Shown: one piece after another, positions 44,655 through 55,564 of the stretch | Numbering within the stretch: the stretch's first letter is position 1 | How the letters are laid out: every line of letters starts with the position of its first letter | Assembly: GCA_963841565.1 (NCBI GenBank) | Contig: CAWJCY010000008.1 | Location: 1 to 64,000 of the forward strand | DNA from: an uncultured Nitrososphaerales archaeon | Lineage (GTDB): Archaea > Thermoproteota > Nitrososphaeria > Nitrososphaerales > Nitrososphaeraceae | Direction of reading: 5' to 3' | Length of the DNA stretch: 64,000 bases | The notes under the pieces: model-generated | Told to the model about the DNA's origin: nothing | The model's input: the letters and a program-made list of their open reading frames with translations, nothing else | The model's database searches: none | Translations under genes and position numbers: made by a program

Positions 44655-45324
44655 ACACTTTTCATGTTCTATTATATTATTTAAGATTGTTTCTCAAAGA
44701 GTCAGCAATTTAACTTCCAATCTTAATTAATATAAAAACTTCAGGATCTATACTTTTCTATGTTAGACAATGAAGTTGCTGTAAGTATACTCTTGTTTGC
44801 ATTGATAACTTTTGGGTTCCATTTATCAGATCTCTGTCAGAACATACCATTATGGATTTGAGACTTAGAGGGGGTATAAGCAAGCGGATATAACAACAAA
44901 AGTATATTGTTGATTTAACCATCATCTAAGATTACCAACTAAGGAAAGGATCGATAGGCCCATCTTTAGCTATGATAAGTTAATCCTTGATTCTCTGCTG
45001 ATTTTAGACTTTAGTAATACCTTAAGACATGATTTTAAAACGAAACGTATATGGGTAAAGAAATCCTACCTATCTGGGAATTACCAAATTCTCTCTGAGA
45101 TTGATACCCACTTCTGTAGAAATAGTTGATACTATTCCACCTGTTGCAGAGAAGGAAACCATTTCAGAATCAGATATCGTATCAGCTGGCGGGCAGTTTA
45201 GGAGAACTCGCAAGTATCATTGGACTAATAGCTGGAAGCATTTTGTATGATTTTCTCGGAGGACTCGCATTCATGATACTACTCTACATACTTATATAAG
45301 AGATATTATTATTGTCATCATAAG

Positions 45325-46149
45325 TTGAAAAATATAAAATTTTTTGGGTTATTGTGTCTGAGCATAATTCTACTTCTGGGTTTTGTGTCGCCCACATATT
45401 CCGGCTCCGCTACCCCAGAGAACAAGACATTAATGCAACCCCAAGGAGTACAGGATATGGCAACAAATGCTACGAATATCGTTTTAGTCCATGGTTTATG
45501 GGCTGATGGATCTTCATGGAGTAAAGTAATTCCTACCTTGGAAAAAGCAGGACACAAAGTTATTGCTGTTCAACTTCCTCTCCATTCTCTGGCAGATGAT
45601 GTCGCTACTGTAAAGCGTGCAATTGACCTAGTTGGCGGACCAACAATACTTGTGGGACACTCATTCGGTGGATTCATAATCACCAATGCTGGTTATAATA
45701 ATCAAAACGTAACAGGGCTTGTCTACGTTTCAGCCTTTGCTCCTGATGAGGGTGAATCTACCGCGAATTACGTTGATCTTGCAACATTACCTCCAGGATT
45801 ATTGGTTCCCGATAGCGGAGGATTTTTGTACCTAAACCCAAAGATGTTCCACGAAGCGTTTATTCAGGATGCAAATGCGACTGAAGCTGAAACTTTGGCC
45901 GTTGTACAAAAGCCAGCTCATCAATCACTTGCTACTGAACCCTCTGGCCCTCCTGCTTGGAAGCAACTTCCTACATGGTTTGAGGTGTCTGAGGGCGACC
46001 ACATTATCCCTCCTGATGCACAACGTAATTTTGCAAAACGAATGAATGCTACTACTATATCACTTAACTCTAGCCATGCGTCACTTGTATCACACCCAGA
46101 TGAGATCGCCGAATTAATCCTAAATGCAACAAAAGGAGTGACAAAGTAG
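45325..46149 (+). CDS. Secreted alpha/beta hydrolase
   Basis: VLVHG.WADGSSW, GHSFGG, D..IPP and SSHAS motifs. Confidence 0.88.
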   Translation: MKNIKFFGLLCLSIILLLGFVSPTYSGSATPENKTLMQPQGVQDMATNATNIVLVHGLWADGSSWSKVIPTLEKAGHKVIAVQLPLHSLADDVATVKRAIDLVGGPTILVGHSFGGFIITNAGYNNQNVTGLVYVSAFAPDEGESTANYVDLATLPPGLLVPDSGGFLYLNPKMFHEAFIQDANATEAETLAVVQKPAHQSLATEPSGPPAWKQLPTWFEVSEGDHIIPPDAQRNFAKRMNATTISLNSSHASLVSHPDEIAELILNATKGVTK

Positions 46150-46150
46150 T

Positions 46151-46972
46151 ATGAGCACAATCATTACCAAGGACGGGACTGAAATCTACTATAAGGACTG
46201 GGGTAAAGGTCCTGTCGTAACTTTTTCGCACGGCTGGCCCCTTAGCGCAGACGCTTGGGACGGCCAAATGCTGTTCCTTGTGCAAAATGGCTTTCGCGTA
46301 GTCGCTCACGACCGTCGCGGTCATGGCCGGTCAAGTCAGGCTTCTTCGCGGAACGACATGGATGGCTATGCCGACGATCTTGCAGCAGTGATCGAAGCGC
46401 TTGATCTCAACGATGCCGCGCTTGTGGGGCATTCAACTGGCGGAGGTGAAGTTGCCCGCTATATCGGTCGCAATGGAACGAAGAGAGTTGCCAAGGCTGT
46501 CCTGATAGCGGCTGTGCCCCCGATCATGGTTAAGTCCGCTACCAATCCGGAGGGTCTACCGATAAAAGTGTTTGATGACATGCGTTCGAGTCTTATCAAG
46601 GATCGCTCGCAATTCTACAAGGATCTAGCAATCGCGTTCTATGGTGCCAACAGGGAAGGTGCCAAGGTCTCCAAAGGAATCCTGGATCAGTTCTGGCTTT
46701 GGAGCATGCAAGCCGGCCTCAAGAATGCCTATGAAAGCATCAAGGCTTTCTCCGAGACTGATTTCACCGAAGATCTCAAGAAGTTCGATGTCCCAACCTT
46801 GGTTATGCATGGTGAGGACGACCAGATCGTTCCCGTCAAAGACGCAGCTAAGAAATCAGCCAGGCTCATCAAAGGCTCGAAGGAAATCTACTATCCTGGT
46901 GCGCCTCATGGCCTCACGGCCACACTTCAGGATCAGGTCAACACCGACCTGTTGTCCTTCCTGAAGTCCTAG
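46151..46972 (+). CDS. cpo: Non-heme chloroperoxidase/perhydrolase (alpha/beta hydrolase)
   Basis: [40 protein letters not shown] and APHG motifs; GC-richer than the flanks. Confidence 0.9.
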   Translation: MSTIITKDGTEIYYKDWGKGPVVTFSHGWPLSADAWDGQMLFLVQNGFRVVAHDRRGHGRSSQASSRNDMDGYADDLAAVIEALDLNDAALVGHSTGGGEVARYIGRNGTKRVAKAVLIAAVPPIMVKSATNPEGLPIKVFDDMRSSLIKDRSQFYKDLAIAFYGANREGAKVSKGILDQFWLWSMQAGLKNAYESIKAFSETDFTEDLKKFDVPTLVMHGEDDQIVPVKDAAKKSARLIKGSKEIYYPGAPHGLTATLQDQVNTDLLSFLKS

Positions 46973-47304
46973 ATGTCTCGTTCCTTCGTATATGGCTTTA
47001 GCGCTTATATGGAAAAGCTATAATGACACTAGTTCTAGAATATCAAAAACTTAAGACACGCGGCTTAATTAGACATAAATAGTATGATTTAGTGATTCTA
47101 TTATAATAGTACAGTATTACAGCCATGGGACAATCGAAGTAATGAGACAGCCTAGCCGCCATACGCCTAAACATCTTCCACCTTTAATGAGTGAACTATC
47201 ACATCGAGAAGGCATTAGTAATGACAGTTTATGAGGATACTATCGATCCTGTTTTAAAAATACAAGCAATTAAAAAGGATTAGAGCTAAACTCAGTATAG
47301 AAAC

Positions 47305-47778
47305 CTAACTTCCATTATTTTTATGAGTCTCAGGAATTACTTCCTTATTGACAAATGCCTGGAAGGAAGGATCAAACCAATTCTCTGACTGTGTTAGCTT
47401 CCAATGTTCACCTAAAGTTCCATATCTAAAGCAATTTCTCATCCAGTATAACCACCTTGTCCAATCATCATCCTTGAGCACATTTCTTTGATGCATCGCA
47501 TAAGCATGAGAAGAAATAAAAAAGATATAGTACGCAAATGCTAATTCTTCTGATGGCTTTTCAAGTTTATACATGACTTTTTGCATCGATGGTTTTTCAA
47601 TTATGATTTCTGCCATCTTGCGAACCTTTTCATCCAAGTCATTAAGAACCTTTGTTTCGATATCCAATTTGAACCCCTGTGCTTGCTTCCTCGAGAAATA
47701 CAGAACTATAAGCATTGTACCAATTATTCCCAGTGCTCCTCCCATCCCGATAATCTCGACTATACCAATTTCAACCAT
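47305..47778 (-). CDS. Membrane-anchored hypothetical protein
   Basis: N-terminal TM helix plus helical domain. Confidence 0.65.
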   Translation of the reverse strand: MVEIGIVEIIGMGGALGIIGTMLIVLYFSRKQAQGFKLDIETKVLNDLDEKVRKMAEIIIEKPSMQKVMYKLEKPSEELAFAYYIFFISSHAYAMHQRNVLKDDDWTRWLYWMRNCFRYGTLGEHWKLTQSENWFDPSFQAFVNKEVIPETHKNNGS

Positions 47779-47840
47779 AAATTGAATGCTATATTCGCTT
47801 GTTCTTAAGTGTATGTTCTCGCACTAGAACTAACAATCTA

Positions 47841-48190
47841 GAATTATATCCCTCAGATTGTGGCGGCAAAGATGAAACACCTACAGGTCCTGAAATAATA
47901 AGTATGATTAGTAACGCCTCTGATTCTACCCAACAGAGCATATAGAAACTCATACCTTTCCTGTTTCCGAATGAATAGTTTCACTACAAATGCAGATTAC
48001 CTAAACTACTTTCTTATTCCTAAAGAATCAGTGTCTACTCAAATAATACGACAGCAAATACAATTAGTAGGAAATTAGTCAGGTAGTTGCAATACTATCT
48101 CAAATTTTAGCCAGCCTACTTTGATCATAGTTGGAACAGATGATGCTCCGCTACAAGACTCGTTAATGCTAGCAACGGCAATAACTATTG
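47841..48190 (+). pseudogene. Alpha/beta hydrolase remnant
   Basis: LYPSDCGGK...LFP...PKESVS.QII.QQ...QPTLIIVGTDD with several stops and a frameshift. Confidence 0.55.
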
Positions 48191-48907
48191 TTCGCCGCAG
48201 CACCAATTTTTCAGGAATTTGCTTGCTGACTTTGTATCCTTGAAAGTAAATTTTTTCGGATCTGAAGACATTACTTCTTTGAAATCATTGTGGATATCAA
48301 GAGGCGTGTTATTCAGAGTGATAATGCATTCCAAGCCAGCCTTATTGGCAGCTTCCACTCCTAATGGTGAATTCTCGACTACAATTACCTGTGAAGTAGG
48401 TAGATTCATTTTATTTAAAGCAATCAAAAAGGGTGCTGGATTTGGTTTCCCTTTTTCTATATCATCGCCGGTAATTATGAAATCAAAATACGTGGTCCCA
48501 ATATTCTTGTCTAAAATCGCCTCGACCTCTTCTCTGGCAGCGCCACTAACAACAGCTTTGATACAAGACTTCCCGCAATTTGATGTTAGATCTTCAAGCA
48601 GTTGCTTCGCTCCATCTATCCCTTTAGCATTTTGAATCTGTTTGAAAATCTGTTCCTTTCTCGATCCGATCTGCTTTGCCAGATCATCATCATCATCTAC
48701 ATCTATCTTTTTATTAATGTTCTCTCTTTTGAAGATCTCCTTAACTAAATCTGAACTAGGCATTCCTTCAAGTAGAAAAATATTCTTCTTGTCTATTTCA
48801 TGATTTGTTATTTCCTTTATTGCTCTGCTCATAGCCTCTGCATGAAAAGGCATTGCGTCGACAAGGACGCCGTCCATATCAAAGATAATACCTTTTTTAG
48901 TTGTCAT
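48185..48907 (-). CDS. HAD-superfamily phosphatase (beta-PGM/CbbY-like)
   Basis: FDMDGVLVD, VVSG, KP.P and VENSPLG motifs. Confidence 0.9.
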   Translation of the reverse strand: MTTKKGIIFDMDGVLVDAMPFHAEAMSRAIKEITNHEIDKKNIFLLEGMPSSDLVKEIFKRENINKKIDVDDDDDLAKQIGSRKEQIFKQIQNAKGIDGAKQLLEDLTSNCGKSCIKAVVSGAAREEVEAILDKNIGTTYFDFIITGDDIEKGKPNPAPFLIALNKMNLPTSQVIVVENSPLGVEAANKAGLECIITLNNTPLDIHNDFKEVMSSDPKKFTFKDTKSASKFLKNWCCGEQ

Positions 48908-48932
48908 AAAACAAATTATTCATTAGGGAATT

Positions 48933-50013
48933 TTATGGATTTATAACTCCTCGACCAACAACTTTTCCCTCCTTCAGCATGGACAGTGCTTCGGTAGCCT
49001 GCTCAAGGTTGAATTTGTCGGATACAAGGGGTTTTATTACGCCACGTCTAGTCAATGATACCAGTTCGGCAAGCTGAGCGATGTTCCCTGTATAGGATCC
49101 AATCAGCTTGTATGCTCTTGTGGGCATACTTAAGAGGTTTAATTTTATCGAGCCTCCATACAATCCAACTAGCACTAATCGTGCACGCTTTCTCAAAATT
49201 TGTATACCGTTCGCTGTGCTTTTAGAGGAGTTTACAAAATCAATCACTGCATCCACGCCCAATTTTTGGGTCACTTCCATCACGGCTGTTACTGCATTCT
49301 CCTTCATTGCATTCACTACGTAGTCTGCGCCATTCTCTTTAGCTGTCCTTAACTTGTTGTCATCCAAATCTAAGGCGATCACCGTTGAACCCGTAATTGC
49401 CTTCGCGAGTTGGATTGCCATTAAGCCTAATCCTCCAGCACCAATAATAACAGCAGTGTCATATGGTCTCAGACTTGCATTGTTTATTGCACCATATGCA
49501 GTCAATGAAGAACATGTTAACGTGCATGCTGTATTTGCATCAAATGAACCTGTCTGAATATCATTTGTAATATCTAAAAGGTATCTGTAAGCTTGGCACC
49601 AAGACATACTCAGAATATCCACCATCATTATAAACACCTAAAGATCGCGGTCGGTCACATAAATTCTCGTTGCCCTCTCTGCATGCCGGACACATTCCTT
49701 CTCCCAACCAAGGGTAAACAAGAACATTGCTATCTTTTTTGAATAGATTAAGTGATGACACTTCCTCACCAACCTCTTCCACCACCCCTGCAATTTCATG
49801 CCCGGGGATTAGCGGATAGCGTACGCCTCGATCAGTTGCTTTGAGGAACTCTCCATCTGGACCTTCATAACCTCCTTCCCAGAGATGAATATCGCTATGA
49901 CAAACTCCACAGGCTTCTACCCTGACAAGAACCTGGGAACCGATAGGTTTAGGGGTTTCTTTAGTTACAATTTCTAAAGGAGATTTTGGCTTGGTAATAC
50001 TAGCAGACTTCAT
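48933..50013 (-). pseudogene. Zn-dependent alcohol dehydrogenase, 1-nt frameshift at ~49590
   Basis: CGVCHSD, GHE, C..C..G.ENLC and GAGGLG motifs; removing one base gives VPSYRYLLD. Confidence 0.88.
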
Positions 50014-50557
50014 AGAGGGGTTAAGAAGAGATTGAATATAAAATGATTGTTATGGGATTGCGTATGAGCAAATCATATTAGTATACTAAAAAATTGAAAA
50101 TTCTTGACATCTTTTCCTATTCGATATTATTGTGGAATACATGTGCTTGTAGTCAAATCACAGTGGTATTGCTACCTTAATAATACTCTCTCAAGTTAAA
50201 ATCTCGTACCCCAGATTGGTTATACACCTGCAGCATTGCTCCTTCGTTCGCTAGTCGTAGACTTTTTAGACATGCGGAGAAGAGGCATATAGCTTGGAAT
50301 TCTTCGGGCGGTTGGTTCAGTTTGTGATACTTACAACATATGCTGCATATAGTCTTCGATCAATGAAGTCAATAATTCCTGCTGACAACAATTCAACTCT
50401 CTCAAATGTGGTGACTTGGAATCTACCAGGTAAACCATATTGGAACAAATATGTTTATTCAGCCCCCAAGCCTCTTTTTAGATGAGATCGGTCAAATATT
50501 GGCAGAAAATTGCATGGAATTCAAATCTAGTTCAACAAATAAATAAAAGACCACAAT

Positions 50558-51037
50558 TCACTTAACATCGTGGCGATATTTATCGCTATTCTTTACCATA
50601 CCAACTATACGTGTCCACGTATCCCGAAAAGAAGTACAGCCTGATCCGGCCAAATGACTACATGTATCATTATTAAGCAATGTACCATCTTCATCTTCGG
50701 TGAGAACGCGTCCTTCGCTATAATTAGGGAAGCTATTTCCTAATCTAGTCTTAATAAGGCCACGAATTATTTCCTTAAAGACCTCAATCAAGCCGGATCT
50801 AGCACCAAAAGCCCCGTTTTTATTGATCAACCAAAACATTTGAGTGGGGTCGTAGTCGGCTGGAAAGATAGATTTCTTTACTTTCATTGCCTCAGGCGAA
50901 TAATAATGACCTGCCAAACGTATCCAACCTCCTGATATCCTTCTAGCCCAAAAAGCGAATTGCCCACATGACGAGCATCTGTCATCGTATATGAGCAACG
51001 GCCTTGAAAAAGGAGAGGACACAGGTATTGACAACAT
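50558..51037 (-). CDS. DCC1-like thiol-disulfide oxidoreductase (DUF393-like)
   Basis: LIYDDRCSSC (DxxCxxC) motif. Confidence 0.7.
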   Translation of the reverse strand: MLSIPVSSPFSRPLLIYDDRCSSCGQFAFWARRISGGWIRLAGHYYSPEAMKVKKSIFPADYDPTQMFWLINKNGAFGARSGLIEVFKEIIRGLIKTRLGNSFPNYSEGRVLTEDEDGTLLNNDTCSHLAGSGCTSFRDTWTRIVGMVKNSDKYRHDVK

Positions 51038-51217
51038 ATGTTGCTACTCTCTTCACAAATATAAGACTTCTCGATAGACTTTCCATAGATTGCTAAAGCA
51101 GTTTCTGTCATGGCAAAAAAAATATTACAAACTGTGAATAACTTATACTAGCCAGATAATATGCATTCATAAATATGAATAAATACGTAGACCTGTCCAT
51201 AGCTAATAGAAACTGTC

Positions 51218-51343
51218 GTGCTAAAATGTATCCGATGTGGACATGAAATGAAGGACATACAACCTTGTCATTTGAAATGTTTCAACTGTGGGAGCGAGAT
51301 CGACTGTTCTGATATAAACTATTTTTTGATTGAAGATGATTGA
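51218..51343 (+). CDS. CPxCG-type zinc-finger microprotein (41 aa; not in ORF track)
   Basis: VLKCIRCGHEM...CHLKCFNCGSEIDCSD; start codon uncertain. Confidence 0.7.
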   Translation: MLKCIRCGHEMKDIQPCHLKCFNCGSEIDCSDINYFLIEDD

Positions 51344-53098
51344 ATTTGTTAAAGAAAGAATGATCATTATAGTTCCACTTCTTTATTTTTCTAACTTAAA
51401 GGATCTCCATTCCTTGTTTCATTAGTCAGTTCATATTATTTTGGTAAAATGTTTAATAGATGCTGTAGTTAGGACCATTGGATATCTATCTTTATTTTTC
51501 TATTCTTTCATTTTCAAATGGTATCGTTGTCAACCATGATAGATCGATGGGTGAATAATTAGTCAGCATTTGTGTACATAAAAAATGCAGCAGGTTATGC
51601 TTTAATATCGTTACTACATTTAAGATGATTTCTTTCAGTTCTCTCAAAAATATCTAGGTTACATTTTGCAAGCATCTGTGCAATTCAATCCATTCAACCC
51701 GGCCTATATTCTCTAAAGTCTTGATCTGTTGAAGGATTTGAAGCAATTTGTAAGAGGATTTATTGCAATTCTGAATAACCATGCTAATTGCAATTTGTGG
51801 TCTAACTATTTGTAAAGAACCGATCATGTTATTCTTGCCATTTTGCCAAATATTATTTTTAATGACAGAATGAGGACTGTCCTGTTTTATTACAATCAAT
51901 AAAACGATATTCACCAGCCAAATATGCTTGTATCTACATCATACACTGCTCAGGATAGATTTTTTCCAAAGGTTTCGTACTTTTCTGAACGGTAGAAAGA
52001 GGTGTTTTACCCTTTTACCAATCTTCCGACTGCTTAATTCTGGATTTTCTATCAACTCTAACAATATTTTTGCTTAGTGTCAATTATGACCAGCCTGATA
52101 ACATTCGCAAAATTAATGTACCCCTAAAACGTGTTGATACACATTCTTTAAACGGGTAGTATGCTGAATGATAAAGTATGTAAGAGCATTGCATGATTTT
52201 GACTACTGTACCAATAATTAGAACGAGGCGTGGGCGTCTGCGCTAGTGTTCATACATTGGATCGCTCATACCATTGTAACTAGTGAACCAAAGATTATCA
52301 TGTATTCGGAGGGTACATTGTTTACTGAACAGCATATGTGTGGGCATTTTAGCTATCCATTGGTCTGGAATGAGAGGCTTCTAGTGCAATATGAGAATAT
52401 TACTTATAACATGAGGCTCAAATGCATGTTTAAAGGTAAATGGTTATGCCGTGAATAATAGACCTAAGTATGACCAAAATGTTAATAAATTCGATGAATC
52501 AGCACCGCTTCCAATTTTAATAAATACTTATATTTGATATTATATAATTGTTTTATTGGTAATTCAGTCCGGCTCCCCCCAGAGCCATTGAAAGGCCAAT
52601 GGTAGGGAAAAATATTTCCCTGCCATTTTGTCAGTTGATCACCCATTGTCTACTTCCCTGTATATGATAAAGTTCCATCCAGGCTGATCTTGGCTTTTTG
52701 AAATTTATTGCTGGGGATAATTAGGAACACCCAAGGTAGTCTAATTATCTTATAATGTATATTTTATACGCTACAATACATGGATCATAGATTAATGTTG
52801 AATGGCGATGATAATGTTATCTTCATCAGTAAGTTTAATTGAATCATTATGATGTTGTCTTTGGGTTGAGCACCAAATTGCAAGATAAGAGTAAGCTTTT
52901 GATCAATATGCTACTTGTGGCTTGGGTGATTAGTTCAATCGTTGCTGTGTATTATCTTCGCATCGATTTCTTACGAAAGCATTTTGTTGAATGCATTTCT
53001 ATTCATTCCCACTAAAAAGTCATGCTCGTTGATGTGCTCCTATGTCTTCTAGTTCTAAAGGATTAGCTAAAAATGGCCACTCTTTGCTAGAGTGTCAT

Positions 53099-53299
53099 GT
53101 ATACGAGAAAGTTTACAGATTTCTGAGTGTTTACAAATTTGTATACAGCCATTGTATACAGACCTGCTTGTAAACAGCCGTTCAGTAGAAATTCACGCTC
53201 AACATACTGAACGACCCAAATTGAACAGCATCGTTCAAAACACTTTTCAATAGTTTCCCTAGGGGGATTCGTTCAAGGCGTTCAATTAGCGTTCAATTA
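53099..53299 (-). repeat. TGAACG/GTWWAC composite non-coding element, copy B (inverted relative to copy A)
   Basis: GTWWAC at 53099, 53111, 53129, 53141, 53154 and 53170; several CGTTCA motifs up to 53295; TTCACGCTCAA at 53192-53202. Confidence 0.75.
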
Positions 53300-53627
53300 A
53301 GTTATATGCTAGAACTTTTGGCATCGGCTGTATGTCGTCAGCAATTTCATCCCATAAGACTATCTTCAGTTTGTACATTCCCGCTTTCGAGATTTAAAGA
53401 ACACATACGTCCACTTGGCTATATTTGCACGTAGTATTTTCGAATCGAATTACGTAGATCAATTAAACTTGGTAGATGATAAAAATGATAATAATCAAAT
53501 GGAGGGTCATAAGACTCATAGGTTTCTTATGCATGGCATTGCAAGCTAAGTAGATTTTCGATGCAATAATATTGATAAAAGCATAATAGCAGGTCCAGAG
53601 CATTACTTTGACTTGTTGTCGCGGAGT

Positions 53628-54677
53628 CTACCCCGAGTTCATCATAATGACTCTGGCTTCAGCATACCATCCTCTTCTCCACCCTACGAAGGGGAATTTT
53701 CCAAAAATAAAACCAAGCTGTGACCAGTAAGTCATTAACTCCCCCGCAACGTGCTGTATATTATCTTGACCTCCAGTAATGATGAATGATGCTACCTTGT
53801 CTCTAATTAGGTAATTTTCATGAGTAATAATCTGGTTCTGAATGCAGTTCATCCTCTGAATCATCTGATAGTAAAGAGAGCTAGCATTTCCCCATCTAAT
53901 TGGTGTGGCGAGAATTAATACATCTGCCCAAACAATGAGTTTTTCATACACTAGTATCATCTGATTGTCCTCATCCATCTCCGAAATCGAACACGGAAAA
54001 ATACATGCCTTGGCATTTTTGGAGTAATATCCCTTGCAATGTTTAAAGGCTAAATTTCGCAGCTTAATCATATCAGTATTTGAACCAAGTTTATTCCTTG
54101 CGTAGTTAAGAGCATACGTCAAAGCTTGCTCGGATGTACTTTGACGAGGAGCAATCTTTTCATTCAGATTCGTAGTGGATATACCAAGTACATTTTTCTT
54201 CCTCGCAATTTCGTTGCTGTGTAGGATATCCTTATCCTATTGTTTTAGATAGCTGTTGATAGAATTTTTGAGCTTGTTATATGAAGTATGTGGCACACTT
54301 ACCCGTTTTCCTACATTAGTGGGCAATGGATTTACATATAGCATTCCCTTTAGCACCCTAGTTTCGTACGAATCAACACTGTCTCCTCCTTTGTGTGGCG
54401 ACTTTCCATCAGCGATAGAATACTTCCATCCATGCCAGGGACATGTTATTATCCGTTCTGTTAGCTCTCCCTCACTCAGAGGACCACCTTCGTGTTTGCA
54501 TCGGTTCGAAATAGCATAATATTTTCCGGCAACATTAAAAACGGCAATTTCCAATTCAGTTCCAGTTCCGTTCACGATCAAGAAACTTTTCGATTCACCA
54601 GGGTTAATTTCGGCAGTTCGACAAAGATAGCGAAGATTACTGGTTGTGCTATGTCTTGTAGTGCTACGTTTGGTCAT
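53628..54677 (-). pseudogene. Rieske-flavodoxin (NADPH-dependent FMN reductase-like) fusion interrupted by in-frame TAG at 54237-54239
   Basis: CKH...CPWH; the same frame continues VLGISTTN...STSE...C.GYYS...C.FPC...ATPIRWG; C-terminus looks degraded. Confidence 0.78.
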
Positions 54678-54782
54678 ATTCTTTTTGTCGTGAATGATAG
54701 AAAAATACTTTGCTTGTGGATAAGATCGTCATCCAGTACGCGTAGACCATAAAAAAGAAGGTAATCCCAGGTATTGTTATTG

Positions 54783-54996
54783 TTATTTGTGTATCTCTTT
54801 CTCTAGTGCTTCTCTTAACATGTTAGCATGCTTCTGCCTGTCTCGTTTAATAGTTTGCCACAGTTCTACTAAATCTGATCTGTTACTGCCTTGAGCGTCT
54901 TTAATGTAGCTGTCTACCGTCTCGTACAAAAAAATCTGCATCTGTCCCTAATGCTCTTAGTATACTATACTCAACATTTGATATTACTTGAGTCAT
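54783..54996 (-). CDS. Small ferritin-like (half-ferritin) protein, one extra base in the A7 run at 54928-54934
   Basis: MTQVISNVEYSILRAL..DADF/LYETVDSYIKDA...LWQTIKRDRQKHANMLREAL; TATTAAATA box upstream. Confidence 0.65.
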
Positions 54997-55061
54997 TGCA
55001 AGATTGGTTTGTTAATAAAATATTTAATAGTTGTACATTTATACTAAAGTCTATTGACTAA

Positions 55062-55268
55062 AGATTTGATATTTCCCGTTACCATGATGGATATATAGAA
55101 GAATTAGAAAAGCTAATAAACGCAAAGGCAAGAGGAAAGGTCCGCGTAATTAGACAAGTGACCAAGGAGCCTCAGCAAACACAAGATTTGATAGCAGCTT
55201 TGAAGGCTAGTTTGCAAGGGGCCGTCGTGAAGAAAAAATACAAGACGTGGATCAGATTCCGTTTATGA
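55062..55268 (+). pseudogene. ku: C-terminal remnant of prokaryotic Ku (NHEJ) protein
   Basis: FDISRYHDGYIEELEKLINAKARG...DLIAALKASL plus basic tail; no start codon. Confidence 0.75.
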
Positions 55269-55564
55269 TAACTAGTCGCTATTCTCTTTTACGAGGTGAA
55301 GGTCGTTGAAATAGTTATGACGGACCTCCGGTAACATTCGAATCTTATCCTCTTTTTAATCAGTCTTTAATTTGGTATGGGAAGGTTGCCCGGTCATCGT
55401 ATATGCTCTAAAAATACATCCACTGTGATCTCGACTTTTTCTTTGACTATTTAAACAGAATATTTACTTGGTATCGGATTACCTCAAATACGGCTTGACT
55501 ATTTTCCCGTAAAATGTATGATGGATTCTATTTTATATTATGTTGTCCATAGTTTTTATGACCA

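Noticed and set aside
51400-53090. Short ORFs 51654-51914 and 52246-52458
   Set aside because: No motifs or protein-like features; probably decayed DNA
15686-53299. One 37-kb transposon or casposon bounded by terminal inverted repeats
   Set aside because: The interior holds housekeeping genes, has no transposase, integrase or PolB, no target-site duplication was seen, and the HerA frame does not visibly resume after 53300
32302-54239. Amber recoding suggested by two in-frame TAG codons
   Set aside because: Many intact genes end in TAG, both genes show other damage, and no pyl genes are present
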